DNA of 64,000 bases, from positions 2,176,001 to 2,240,000 of the forward strand of contig CAWIPH010000002.1 in the NCBI GenBank assembly GCA_963837955.1. The letters run 5' to 3'. The notes under the pieces were generated by a model. That model saw nothing but the letters and a program-made list of their open reading frames with translations. It did no database searches and was not told the origin of the DNA. Source of the DNA: an uncultured Verrucomicrobiae bacterium (GTDB taxonomy: Bacteria; Verrucomicrobiota; Verrucomicrobiia; Chthoniobacterales; JAFAMB01). Position 1 is the stretch's first letter. Every line of letters begins with the position of its first letter. Shown here one piece after another: positions 38,701 to 48,876 of this stretch. A program made the position numbers and the translations under genes.

Positions 38701-40305
38701 TTAGACGTAAGACCACCCTTTCAGGCGATAGATTATCGCCAGCAGACGGGTGACGAACGCTCCCAGAATAGTAATGATCACGCCGAGCAAAATCTCTTCT
38801 GGCTGGAGCCTCTCGGCCTCCCATTGTAAAAAGAGCGATAAGGCGAGCCCCCAGATGAACGCTATCTCCGGGAAGAGTTCGCCCTGGAGGCTCGGAACCA
38901 AGTGATCGTGACGCAACAAGTCACGCATTAAACCGCCGAACGACGCGGTTATAACGGCGGAGATCGGTCCCCACAGCCAGAGCGGTTGCGCTGATGTGTC
39001 GAGAACCACAACCACGCCCACGACGAGAAACGCGGCAAGACCAAGGGCGTCAAAGGCTTGGATTAGAACCCGTCCCAAATTTCCTTTTAATTGCCAGGAG
39101 TGAACGAAACGCTTGATACCGGCCAGCGACGTGATTTTGATGAATAGCATCCCTGCTATGACCGTGCCGAATATTGTTAGCAGGATCAGCGGATCCCGAA
39201 CAATCCCGAGCGGCTCGCGGCGCAACAGGAGATCCCGAACCACGCCACCGCCGACCGCGGGAAGACTCGCTAGGACCACCGCCCCGAACAGCGTAGCGCG
39301 GCCAGCGTATGCTAACACGACGCCAGACAGTGCGAACGAGACCGTGCCAAGGGCGACGAGCACCCGAAACCAATCGCTATCGAGGGTCTGGTGAATCAGG
39401 ATCGGTAGGGCATAGGCATTGGCAATGCGCTGGAAATCGCCGTTTCGCTTTATTTCATCGATGGCAGCGTCGAGCCGGGTCTGCATCTCCGGGGTCTGGG
39501 ATACGCGGCTAAGCATGAAGTGGATATCGGTGGAGAAGCGAAATGGATGTTCTTCTACCAAACCGCTCTTTTGCTGACGCCAGGCGGTAGTGGCGGCGAC
39601 GATACGGTCAGCGATGAACCCATCGATCGTTCCGCCTAAAAGATTCTGGAGGTTCTGGAGATCGTCGTCGACCCTGACGATCAGGTCACCATTTGCCGGA
39701 TCGGCAATAAATTCGTTGACCCGCGCATCGGCGTAGACGTACCCGGCGATCACACCGAGCCGGAAGCGCTCGTTTGCGAATCGGTGCAGCATCTGCTCGA
39801 TGGTTTGGAACGGATAGCGGGTGCTGGCTCCTTTGCGCAGGACAACCACGTCGGTCTCGTGGCGATAGGGCTTGGAGAAGTATGCGTACCGGTTACGCTC
39901 GGTGCTGTAGGTAGCGCCTGCGGCGATATCGGCGTTGCCGGCAGCGAGCGCGGCCAGATGCTTGTCCCAAGGTATGTCATTGATGATCAGGTTAACGCCC
40001 ATTACCCGCGCCACGGCCCGCTCGATCTCTACGTCGTAACCAGTTAGGACCTGAACCCCATGGCCGTACTCGAGGTACTGATACGGATCCCATGGGTACC
40101 AACCGCCTTGCAGAACCTTCCTATTGGACCTCGGTGCATGCTCAGTTAGCTGGTCAGAGGGCGATGCGGCAGACGAGCCTGCCGCGAGCGTACCGGCAAG
40201 CCAAATGAGAGCCACCAACGACCGAGCGCACAGAGAATTCTTCAAGTGCTTGCGTGAAAACAGACGATCATCGTCAGGGCGCCGCGAAGATCCCCTCGAC
40301 AACAT
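38701..40305 (-). CDS. Fusion: family-3 solute-binding domain + TRIC/UPF0126 channel domain
   Basis: WDPYQY..GYDVEI..IPW..GNADIAAG..ERNRYAYFSKPY (SBP_bac_3); then GTVSFALSG, AVGGGVVRDLL, DALGLAAF, ITASFGGLMRDLL (two TRIC repeats); start inferred. Confidence 0.88.
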   Translation of the reverse strand: MLSRGSSRRPDDDRLFSRKHLKNSLCARSLVALIWLAGTLAAGSSAASPSDQLTEHAPRSNRKVLQGGWYPWDPYQYLEYGHGVQVLTGYDVEIERAVARVMGVNLIINDIPWDKHLAALAAGNADIAAGATYSTERNRYAYFSKPYRHETDVVVLRKGASTRYPFQTIEQMLHRFANERFRLGVIAGYVYADARVNEFIADPANGDLIVRVDDDLQNLQNLLGGTIDGFIADRIVAATTAWRQQKSGLVEEHPFRFSTDIHFMLSRVSQTPEMQTRLDAAIDEIKRNGDFQRIANAYALPILIHQTLDSDWFRVLVALGTVSFALSGVVLAYAGRATLFGAVVLASLPAVGGGVVRDLLLRREPLGIVRDPLILLTIFGTVIAGMLFIKITSLAGIKRFVHSWQLKGNLGRVLIQAFDALGLAAFLVVGVVVVLDTSAQPLWLWGPISAVITASFGGLMRDLLRHDHLVPSLQGELFPEIAFIWGLALSLFLQWEAERLQPEEILLGVIITILGAFVTRLLAIIYRLKGWSYV

Positions 40306-40427
40306 AATCTTCAGATGGGGGAAGTATTTAATACGGTCAAACCTAAAGCGTTGAGCTTGTATAGACCCTGCTCTTGCCAGAACCCACACCGGTAGTCACC
40401 AATCACCGATATGCTTCCTGAGGCCGG

Positions 40428-40472
40428 CCTGTCCGCCGTAGTTTGTGGGTTTTTGCGGGGAACGAAGGAGGA
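40428..40472 (+). mobile_element. Mini-element CCTGTCCGCCGTAG...CGAAGGAGGA
   Basis: ccgg|cctgtccgccgtagtttgtgggtttttgcggggaacgaaggagga|ag; same termini and junction as 6996-7053. Confidence 0.7.
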
Positions 40473-40640
40473 AGCATGAGGCTACGTGTAATGTAAGAAC
40501 CAAAATTTTAGGATGTTTTCGTACTAGAAATTAGCTGGACCAACAAGGAAAAATCATAAGCAGAGACTAGATGGAATATTGAGATCGGATCCCAAATTTC
40601 TGCTTCCTGCGGTCGAGTTTGCCGGTTAGTCTCGACGTCT

Positions 40641-41045
40641 ATGAATCGTCGATTGGGCGTTTCGACACTGCTTCTTTTCGGCGTGTTTGTCGTTTCAGCT
40701 CTGGCAACATCGAATTATGAATACAAGCCCGGCGAGTACGTTACCGTCTCGGGCGGGAAGTCTCCTGACGGGCGATACTTGATAGCTACGCATGGGGAAG
40801 GGGACTTGGGTTATGACAACTGGCACGTCTATCTGATGGACGCCCAGACCGGAAAGAAAATCGGACCTCTCGAAGAGATAAAGGATCCGCTCGACACGGC
40901 CGCCGACGCCTACGCTGCGAAATGGTCTGCGGATTCCGGGCAGGTAGCGATAACTTACCGCGCCGACAGGCACGTCGCCGTCACGATCGTCTATCGCATC
41001 GCAAATCGAAGAGCCTACCTCGTAAGCGGGCCGACTCAGGACTAA
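40641..41045 (+). CDS. Exported hypothetical protein
   Basis: Signal peptide ending ALA; SPDGRY and WSADS beta-propeller-blade-like turns. Confidence 0.7.
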   Translation: MNRRLGVSTLLLFGVFVVSALATSNYEYKPGEYVTVSGGKSPDGRYLIATHGEGDLGYDNWHVYLMDAQTGKKIGPLEEIKDPLDTAADAYAAKWSADSGQVAITYRADRHVAVTIVYRIANRRAYLVSGPTQD

Positions 41046-41390
41046 AGCAAACGATCACGTCTTAACTGGTAACAGTGCCAAAAGACGTTTCGACCTGCAC
41101 GTTAGATCTTTGGCTGCTTCAGCGTTTCTCTGACGCCGTGTTGTGGTCATTGTTACCGCGGAGCGGAAGGTTCCCGCCGTTGGGCTATTGGCTCGTTGGC
41201 CAGGAAAACAACGATCAAACCCGACAATCGCCAACAAGTTGATTGACCGATGTTTGGACCTAATCTAGCCTCTAAGCTCATCGCTCGAAGCACTCTTCGT
41301 GGTCGGGGTAAGCGTATACGGCGCATGCAGCGGGACCAGCGGCGCCACCACCCCCCAAACCATTTCTCAAGCATCGACTGGAGATAATTC

Positions 41391-42428
41391 ATGAACAAAA
41401 GAACCTGCGGCTCGACTTTGCTCGTTGCCCTGGCAGGCATTGCAATTTTTGGCACGGCGCACGCCGACACCAAAAGCATGCGCATCGCGTTTTCCAACAA
41501 CTATGCCGGTAATTCTTGGCGACAGGCCATGCTGAAGAGCTATGACATCGTCACGAAGAAAGCCGTTGCGGACGGGATAGTCGCCGCCGCCGACGTATTC
41601 ACCACCGCCGACAAGGAGGTGCCGACCCAGGCAGCCCAAATCCAGAACCTGATTCTTCAGGGCTATAACGCAATCGTTATCAATGCGTCTTCACCGGATG
41701 CCTTGAACGGCGCTATCAAACAGGCCATTGATGCTGGCATCGTGGTCGTCTCCTTCGATGGGATCGTCACGGAGCCTGGCGCTTGGCGCGTGGTGGTCGA
41801 TTTCAAGGATTATGGCGCGCAGGAAGTCGAACATCTGGCCAAATGGTTGCCGAAGGGTGGAAACCTTTTGGAGATCCGTGGCCTCGCCGGCACCTCGATC
41901 GACGATGCGATCCATTCCGGGATCGCCGATGGAGTCCAAAAACATCCAGTCTTTAAGATCGTGAATAGTGTTGAAGGCGACTGGGATCAGACGACGGCGC
42001 AAAAGGCGGTCGCGACTGTTCTGCCTTCGCTCCCTGAAATCGTCGGCGTCGTCGATCAGGGCGGCGACGGATATGGCGCTGCGCAAGCCTTTAATTCGGC
42101 CGGACGCAAACTGCCCATCATAATCATGGGAAATCGCCAAGATGAACTCGCCTGGTGGAAAGAACAGAAGGCGAAGAACGGCTACACGACGTGGTCAGCG
42201 TCAATCGCACCCGGAGTCTCGACACTCGCCTTCTGGGTCGCTCAACAGATTCTCGACGGTCACAAGGACATCCCGCATGATCTTCTCGTGCCTTATCTAG
42301 CCTTCACCCAGGATGACTTCGAGGCTGCGCTCCCCAACATTGCGGCTGGCGGGGTTGCCAGTCATGAATACACGCAGGACGAGGCCAAGAAGGCGATCGA
42401 AGCGAATCTCAGTAATACCAAGAAGTAA
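41391..42428 (+). CDS. CUT2 sugar ABC substrate-binding protein
   Basis: Signal peptide ending AHA; SNNYAGNSWRQ, VVSFDG, IRGLAG. Confidence 0.92.
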   Translation: MNKRTCGSTLLVALAGIAIFGTAHADTKSMRIAFSNNYAGNSWRQAMLKSYDIVTKKAVADGIVAAADVFTTADKEVPTQAAQIQNLILQGYNAIVINASSPDALNGAIKQAIDAGIVVVSFDGIVTEPGAWRVVVDFKDYGAQEVEHLAKWLPKGGNLLEIRGLAGTSIDDAIHSGIADGVQKHPVFKIVNSVEGDWDQTTAQKAVATVLPSLPEIVGVVDQGGDGYGAAQAFNSAGRKLPIIIMGNRQDELAWWKEQKAKNGYTTWSASIAPGVSTLAFWVAQQILDGHKDIPHDLLVPYLAFTQDDFEAALPNIAAGGVASHEYTQDEAKKAIEANLSNTKK

Positions 42429-42477
42429 CGTCGATTAGGACATGCCGGTTTTCCGTGTGATTGAGTGATCTCGCGTC

Positions 42478-43953
42478 ATGTCCGAACTCTCAGCGAACAT
42501 TGTCAAATTGGACGGAGTCGAAAAGCATTTCGGCGCCGTCCACGCGCTGGCCGGAGTCGACTTCGCCGTCGGTGTCGGAGAGTGCGTCGGGCTCGTGGGC
42601 CATAACGGCGCCGGTAAATCGACGCTGATGCATGTCCTGGCCGGCACACTCATTCCCGACAAAGGACAAATCACTATCGGAGGCGCGCCGCAAAAAGACT
42701 ATGCCGTGGTTCTTGCCCAAAAGCTTGGCATTCGCTGCGTCTTCCAGGAGTTGTCGCTGTGCCCCAATCTCACTGTCGCCGAGAATACGCGCGTCCTTCA
42801 TCCGTCGATTGCGGGGTGGGGCTGGCGAAGCCGGGCCGGCGAGCTGATTTGCGGTAAGCTGGATGAGATCTTTCCGGACCACGGCATCGCCGCCGATGCC
42901 ACCGTCGGCGAGCTGTCGATCGGCAAGCGCCAGATGGTCGAGGTGGCACGGGCCTTCACTATTACCGAGGCTCCGCTGCATCTCGTCATCCTTGACGAGC
43001 CGACTTCGTCTCTCGACAGCCATAGAGCCGGTCAACTGCTGTCTCACGTTCGGCGAGTTGTAGCGACCGGTGCTGGCTGCGTCTTGATTTCGCATCTCCT
43101 TCGCGAGATTCTCGAATTTTCGGATCGTATTGTGGTCATGCGCGACGGCAAGGTCGTCGCAGCCGATCGCGCTTCCGGTTTCGACCGCAACAGGTTGGTT
43201 TCCATGATGGGGGGCGCAGCGGCGAGCAAAATGCGACCGGCCAGCGAGGAGACCGCACCTCGCGGTTCGACCCCAATGCGCGTTCGGGCCCGCCTGGCGA
43301 AACAGAGCGATGGGATCGAACTGGTCGCCCATCAGGGTGAAATCGTCGGGCTCGCTGGCCTTTCCGGCCACGGTCAGACGGAGCTTTTGCTATCAGTTTT
43401 CAAAGCCGCCAGGCTACGTGTCCCTGGCATTAAGGTGAGCGACCCCGTGGCGCTTATCGCCGGCGATCGACAAAGCGACGGAATATTTCCGCTCTGGTCG
43501 ATCGCCGAAAATATCGGTATTCGTTCAATTGCCTCGCTGCGCAGGGGACCGTTGATCTCCCCTGAGCTGGAGGCCCGCTTTGCCGATGGCTGGCAGAAGC
43601 GGATCAACATCCGCACCCTCGACTTGCGCAACAACATTCTATCGCTCTCCGGCGGAAATCAGCAGAAGGCCTTATTCGCCCGCGCGCTCGGCTCGGAAGC
43701 GAAGATCGTGCTGATGGACGATCCCATGCGTGGCGTCGACATCAGCACCAAGCTCGAGGTCTATGGTCTCATTCGCACCGAGGCCAATGCAGGGCGCACG
43801 TTCCTGTGGTACACGACCGAGATGGAGGAACTGGAGAATTGCGACCACGTCTACGTGTTCCGCAACAGCCGGATCGTTGCCGATCTACGCCGCGGCGAGT
43901 TGAGTGAGGAACGAGTCATCCAGTCCTCCTTCGAGGAGGTTGCCAAACCATGA
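42478..43953 (+). CDS. CUT2 ABC ATP-binding protein (two NBDs)
   Basis: [33 protein letters not shown]. Confidence 0.94.
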   Translation: MSELSANIVKLDGVEKHFGAVHALAGVDFAVGVGECVGLVGHNGAGKSTLMHVLAGTLIPDKGQITIGGAPQKDYAVVLAQKLGIRCVFQELSLCPNLTVAENTRVLHPSIAGWGWRSRAGELICGKLDEIFPDHGIAADATVGELSIGKRQMVEVARAFTITEAPLHLVILDEPTSSLDSHRAGQLLSHVRRVVATGAGCVLISHLLREILEFSDRIVVMRDGKVVAADRASGFDRNRLVSMMGGAAASKMRPASEETAPRGSTPMRVRARLAKQSDGIELVAHQGEIVGLAGLSGHGQTELLLSVFKAARLRVPGIKVSDPVALIAGDRQSDGIFPLWSIAENIGIRSIASLRRGPLISPELEARFADGWQKRINIRTLDLRNNILSLSGGNQQKALFARALGSEAKIVLMDDPMRGVDISTKLEVYGLIRTEANAGRTFLWYTTEMEELENCDHVYVFRNSRIVADLRRGELSEERVIQSSFEEVAKP

Positions 43954-44933
43954 CTTCGGCCCGCGGCGCGGGCGCCGTGCGAATTCCTTTGGCTGCGTCC
44001 CACACGCCGCGCCGATTTCTGCGCGCGATTTTGCCGGCCCTGTCTCTGACGCTAGTCCTTCTCGGGATCGCCTGGCTCAATCCCCGAGCGATTAGCTATT
44101 TCGGCCTCAACCTAATGCTCAACCTGGGCATTCCGGTAGCGCTCGCCACTATCGCACAGTTGTTCGTCATCACGGTCAACGACCTCGACCTCTCAATCGG
44201 CAGTTTCGTCAGTTTCGTCGGTTGTGTGGTCGCAACCTGGCTGCGTGATGCCCCGCTCTTCGGCACTGTAGTCCTGTTGGGCGGAATCGGCGTCTATGCG
44301 CTGGTCGGTGCGGTGATTTATCTGCGGAACGTTCCATCGATTGTGGTGACACTCGGTATGCTGTTCGTCTGGCAAGGTCTGGCGATCCTGATCCTACCCA
44401 AGCCCGGCGGCAAAGCGCCCGCCTGGCTCCACGATTTTATGAATTTCCGCACCCCGTTTATTCCTTTTCCCATTATCGCTGCGATGGTTATCGCGGCGCT
44501 CGTTCATCTAGGGCTAATGCGAACCTCGTACGGTGCCATCTTGCGCGGATCCGGTGGCAACGCGAATGCCATCGCCAGGGCAGGATGGTCGCTGCTGAAG
44601 ACGAAAGTCACCATGTTCGCGCTCGCCGGCGTTTTCGGGGTCTTTTCCGGACTAGCGTTGATCGGACTAGCCACGTCAGCTGACGCCAACATCGGCAAGG
44701 GTTACACTCTGTTATCCATCGCTGGCGTTATCCTCGGTGGCGGAGAATTCGTCGGCGGGCGCGTATCGCCCATCGGGGCGGTGATCGGCGCACTGACACT
44801 GACGCTCGCTGGTACGCTTCTCAACTTTATGCGGATTTCGCCCGATTGGCAGGTCGGCGCGCAGGGTGCGATTCTCATCATCGTTCTCGCCGCTCGCGCG
44901 ATCATCAACCGGGTAGACGGGAGGGGAACGTGA
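43950..44933 (+). CDS. CUT2 ABC permease
   Basis: [27 protein letters not shown] overlap. Confidence 0.92.
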   Translation: MTSARGAGAVRIPLAASHTPRRFLRAILPALSLTLVLLGIAWLNPRAISYFGLNLMLNLGIPVALATIAQLFVITVNDLDLSIGSFVSFVGCVVATWLRDAPLFGTVVLLGGIGVYALVGAVIYLRNVPSIVVTLGMLFVWQGLAILILPKPGGKAPAWLHDFMNFRTPFIPFPIIAAMVIAALVHLGLMRTSYGAILRGSGGNANAIARAGWSLLKTKVTMFALAGVFGVFSGLALIGLATSADANIGKGYTLLSIAGVILGGGEFVGGRVSPIGAVIGALTLTLAGTLLNFMRISPDWQVGAQGAILIIVLAARAIINRVDGRGT

Positions 44934-45883
44934 GGCTAGCCGGCAAGAGCAGCGTTTTCACCCAGCCATGGATCTGGTCCTATCTCGGCGCTTTGCTAGT
45001 TTGGTTGTCGGCGATCACATTCACGCATGGATATGGCGCAGGCGGCATGCTAACAGCCGGGCTAGCGCTCGCTGTCTTCTCCGTGATCACTGGCGTTGCC
45101 CAAATGTTCGTGATCACGCTTGGACCTGGGAATGTCGATTTATCGCTACCGGCCAATATCGGATTGGCCAGTGCGGTGGCCATGAAGGTGATGGGCGGCT
45201 CCGACTCGATGATCGCCGCGGGTCTTCTCGCTGCCCTTGTCTCCGGTAGCGGCATCGGATTGGCTAATTATCTTCTCATCTGGCTTCTGCGTATCCCGCC
45301 GATTATCGCCACCCTTTCGGCGAGCTTCATAATCCAATCCATCGGTATCAGTTACGGCCGCGGCTTGCAAATCAAGCCACCGCCCGGGTTCGCTGAGTTC
45401 ACCACCGCGCAATTCGCCGGGATCCCTTTCCTGGCGATTGGCGCGGTGATCTTCACGATCGGGGTGGGAGTCCTCTTGCACCGGACCATCTACGGTAGAT
45501 CGGTTCTGGCAATTGGGCAGAATACCCGCGCCGCTTGGCTTGCTGGAATTGCCGTAGAACGGATCCGGTGCGCGACCTATGTTTTGAGTGGTGCGCTCGG
45601 TGGGATTTGTGGAGCACTCTTGGCCGGCTATTTCCGGGGATCGTCGCTTGAGATCGGTGACGAATATCTCCTCACCTCGATAGCGTTAGTGGTGATCGGG
45701 GGAACCTCGGTCAGTGGTGGCAAAGCCAATGTGTCCGGATTGTGGGGGGCTGCGCTCTTTCTTGTACTCTTGCTCACGATGCTGAACACCTTTGGGGTAA
45801 GTGCGGGTATTCGCTTCGTGGTTACCGGCCTGGTCATTATCGGAGTGATCATCGCAGCCGGTGGACAGAAAACGGCGAGATAA
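44930..45883 (+). CDS. CUT2 ABC permease
   Basis: NVDLS, PPIIATL, IALVVIGGTSVSGG; GTG start overlapping the previous stop (GTGA). Confidence 0.92.
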   Translation: MRLAGKSSVFTQPWIWSYLGALLVWLSAITFTHGYGAGGMLTAGLALAVFSVITGVAQMFVITLGPGNVDLSLPANIGLASAVAMKVMGGSDSMIAAGLLAALVSGSGIGLANYLLIWLLRIPPIIATLSASFIIQSIGISYGRGLQIKPPPGFAEFTTAQFAGIPFLAIGAVIFTIGVGVLLHRTIYGRSVLAIGQNTRAAWLAGIAVERIRCATYVLSGALGGICGALLAGYFRGSSLEIGDEYLLTSIALVVIGGTSVSGGKANVSGLWGAALFLVLLLTMLNTFGVSAGIRFVVTGLVIIGVIIAAGGQKTAR

Positions 45884-45943
45884 CCGGGGCCGCAGCGGGA
45901 ATATCTGCGAGCCGCGCGACGCGATTGGCCGCTAGTGCGTCGA

Positions 45944-46069
45944 TTACTTCTTGGTCTTCGGAACTTGCTTGGCGCTGGCCGCTTCTTTCTTCTTCTGGCT
46001 TGCGCTGTCTGCCTTTGCCCGTTTCTGCGCCGCTTGCTTGCTCGTGGCTTTTGGAGATCTGTCGCCCAT
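45944..46069 (-). CDS. Small Lys/Ala/Gln-rich basic protein (41 aa)
   Basis: MGDRSPKATSKQAAQKRAKADSASQKKKEAASAKQVPKTKK; strongly biased composition. Confidence 0.55.
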   Translation of the reverse strand: MGDRSPKATSKQAAQKRAKADSASQKKKEAASAKQVPKTKK

Positions 46070-46133
46070 AAACACAAGCCTAAGGTGCACGCCAGCAAGC
46101 GTCAACCCAGAGGTCGAGGACGTTCCCCGAAAT

Positions 46134-46575
46134 CTGTGGTTAATCGCACTCCGCGGAAACACGATGGCGACCTGGGCTCGATTCCTCGGTTCGTGTTGGG
46201 TTGTTTCCGGGCGCCGCAAGCGGCAAGCCCCTCCGACCGGTGGGTTGTATTCCGTGATTCGGAATTGGAAGCGCGTGTCGGGCAGTTCAAAATCTGCGAA
46301 ATGTGGTTAGTTCAATTCGCGGAATCACCATGGCAACTTGGGCTCGGTTCCTCGGGTCGTCTTGGGTTGTTTCCGGGCGCCGCAAGCGGCAAGCCCCTCC
46401 GACCGGTGGGTTGTATTCCGTGATTCGGAATCTGGAAGCGTGTCGGGCGGCTCAAAATCTGCGAAATGTGGTTAGTTCAATTCGCGGAATCACCATGGCG
46501 AGTGGGCTCGCTTCCTCGGGTCGCCTTAGGTTGTTTCCGGGCGCCGCAAGCGGCAAGCCCCTCCGACCGGTGGGT
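46134..46575. repeat. Tandem repeat, ~165-bp unit x 2.7, with an invariant REP-like core
   Basis: ttgtttccgggcgccgcaagcggcaagcccctccgaccggtggg identical at 46201, 46367 and 46531; the rest of the unit is similar but diverged. Confidence 0.92.
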
Positions 46576-46654
46576 CCTATTAAACGATTCGGCAGCGGGA
46601 AGCGCATCACAAATGTTGAAGACTAGATCTAGGCGTGACCGCTATCAGCGAACA

Positions 46655-47506
46655 ATGATACGATCGAGTGATCGTATAACGTTGGATAACCGTTACGCTG
46701 ATTATCTACTTGGTAGCTCTGACGCGGAGCACGAGCGCCTGATCCGACAGGCCAGACGCCTCGCGCCAGTTACGGAGAGGTTCTTCCGCGAAGCCGGGAT
46801 TGGCCCTGGGCAGCGCATCCTGGATATTGGCTCCGGCGTCGGAGACGTAGCGATGCTGCTGAGCCGGCTGGTAGGTCCTTCAGGAGAGGTCGTAGCGATC
46901 GAGCGTGACGCTCGCTCGATCAATCGCGCGCAGACTCGCGCGGCCGAGGCAGGATTGCATAACGTAATATTCGCTCAAACCGATATTGCTCAATTCTCGA
47001 GCGACTCACCGTTCGACGCAGTGGCTGGCCGGTTCATACTCCAATTTCTTCCCGATCCAGTTGGAGCATTGCGTTCTTTGTCTGAGAAGGTAAGCCCCGG
47101 TGGGATTATCGCCTTTCAGGAAGGGTCCTGGGCGCCCTTCGTTCTGCTTTCCGCGCACTTGCCGCTTTGGTCGAGAGGTGTCTCGTTGCTCCACGAAGTC
47201 GCGGTCCGCTCCGGCGTGAATATGGAGATGGGGCCCGCTCTTTTCAAGGTTTTCCAGGATGCGGGGTTACCCGCGCCCCGCATGCGTTTGGAAATGGAGT
47301 TGGGACATGACCCAGACTTCACCCGATGGGTTTCCGATTCTCTTAGCAGTGTCCGGCCGCGGATTGAAAAGCTCAATCTCCCGCATGAGGAGCTAGGCGA
47401 TCTCGACACGCTACAGCAGCGGCTGCAAGAGGAGGTTGCATCTTCGAACACCGTTGTACCCTGGCTCGCGTTAGTGGGAGCCTGGTGCCGCAAGCCCGTG
47501 AATTAG
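46655..47506 (+). CDS. Class I SAM-dependent methyltransferase
   Basis: YLLG..EHERLIRQ, ILDIGSGVG motif I, FDAVAGRFIL, PGGIIAFQE; the ORF extension back to 46466 is repeat-derived. Confidence 0.9.
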   Translation: MIRSSDRITLDNRYADYLLGSSDAEHERLIRQARRLAPVTERFFREAGIGPGQRILDIGSGVGDVAMLLSRLVGPSGEVVAIERDARSINRAQTRAAEAGLHNVIFAQTDIAQFSSDSPFDAVAGRFILQFLPDPVGALRSLSEKVSPGGIIAFQEGSWAPFVLLSAHLPLWSRGVSLLHEVAVRSGVNMEMGPALFKVFQDAGLPAPRMRLEMELGHDPDFTRWVSDSLSSVRPRIEKLNLPHEELGDLDTLQQRLQEEVASSNTVVPWLALVGAWCRKPVN

Positions 47507-47585
47507 GTGCGCAACGTGGCTTATTCTTGACCCCTGGCGGTGGCTCGAGACTTTTCAAACATCCTCTGACCCAGTGTGGCCCGCG

Positions 47586-48482
47586 CTAATTTTTCCTAAT
47601 AATCTGGTTTGCGGGGCCCTGAGAAAGCAACATCTGCTCCATCGCCTTCCGGACAGCCTTTTCCTCATCGGACGGAAAGATAGTCTCCAGTTTTTGTCCC
47701 CCGTGCGCTGCGTGCAGCTCGAGAGCAAGAACGTCGAAGCTTTCCTGATGGCTCACATGAAAGTCGGCCAGCCTAACACGAGGGACAAATGTGATGATTC
47801 CCCCAAATTTTTCCTTGAGATCCTCTGCCGATGAGGATTCGGCCGAAGCGTTTTTCTCCTCCGAAATCACCACAAGCTCGCGCTCGGCGATCAACAGCCC
47901 ACCAGCGGGAGCAAGTTGCTGATGGGATCCGCCGAAAATGGCCGGCCACTGTACAGCAGCCAAAAGCCGCTGTCCTCTGGGCGAAAAACGATGCGCCTCA
48001 TTCCGGATTTTCATGGGCCAAGCCTGGAATATCGAAGCCTCGCTCCGATCCTTTTCAGCTACGCCGGCGAGTGCCGGATCGATGCCGGCGAGTATCAGAT
48101 CGATGGCTTCGCGATAAACCTCGTCCTCGACCGTCTCGAATGTAATCGTTACGGAGTACGATGTGCTTACCGCGGCAAAGCAAATTTTTAGCTGACCAGC
48201 GAGCAAAATAGACGCGAGCTCAAGGAACAGGGTGTTGTTAAAATCAGATTTTTCCAGCGTGGCAACCCCTTCTTCGGTCTCCGAAGCTACCAGCCAACCA
48301 TCGTTCGTCACTGCAAGCACGGTCGCCGGCGATCTCTGGTCCCCGGTTGTAAAAGCCGGAGCGTGCACCAGTAAACGGACGGGATCTTTCGACGGCAAGC
48401 TTTCTGCCAATGCGCTGCAAAACGGTTCCGGCGCGTCGGAAATGGTATGCAGTTTGGTTGGGAAGCGGGTATCGATTTCCAT
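47586..48482 (-). CDS. Hypothetical protein, possible internal duplication
   Basis: 298-aa ORF; two weakly similar beta-rich halves. Confidence 0.65.
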   Translation of the reverse strand: MEIDTRFPTKLHTISDAPEPFCSALAESLPSKDPVRLLVHAPAFTTGDQRSPATVLAVTNDGWLVASETEEGVATLEKSDFNNTLFLELASILLAGQLKICFAAVSTSYSVTITFETVEDEVYREAIDLILAGIDPALAGVAEKDRSEASIFQAWPMKIRNEAHRFSPRGQRLLAAVQWPAIFGGSHQQLAPAGGLLIAERELVVISEEKNASAESSSAEDLKEKFGGIITFVPRVRLADFHVSHQESFDVLALELHAAHGGQKLETIFPSDEEKAVRKAMEQMLLSQGPANQIIRKN

Positions 48483-48876
48483 ACTCTACGAAAGGGCTGC
48501 AAAACGTTTAGGGGATTCGTTTTTGCCAGCCGGAACGGACCGCCTTCCACGGCACAGATCGAGAGCCGCCCAGAGGCATCGCGTAAACCAATTAACCTTA
48601 GGACGATCCGGCGGCAGGTCAAGACACCTGTAACTAGATCAAGATGTCGCAAACGAATGCGGCGAGGCATTTTTCGAGGCCAATTTGTCATAATCGCTCA
48701 TGAAACGCTGATTTACATGATCCGTTTTGAGATGTAGATTAGTTCAAGGCCTGCGGGCAAAAGGCTCAGCGTTCCAATAATGCTCTTGATCCGATTAGAC
48801 AGGGCGGGCCGAATTGATTGATCATGGCGCTCAGCCGCCTTGCGTCCCGTCGGGTGCGGACTTGCCAATAAGTATT

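Noticed and set aside
46134..46575. CRISPR array
   Set aside because: Inter-core segments are ~120 bp and homologous to each other rather than unique 30-40 bp spacers; no cas genes in the window.
45935..46654. Repeated-peptide ORFs and the N-terminal extension of the methyltransferase
   Set aside because: They arise from the 165-bp DNA repeat, whose units are not kept in one frame.
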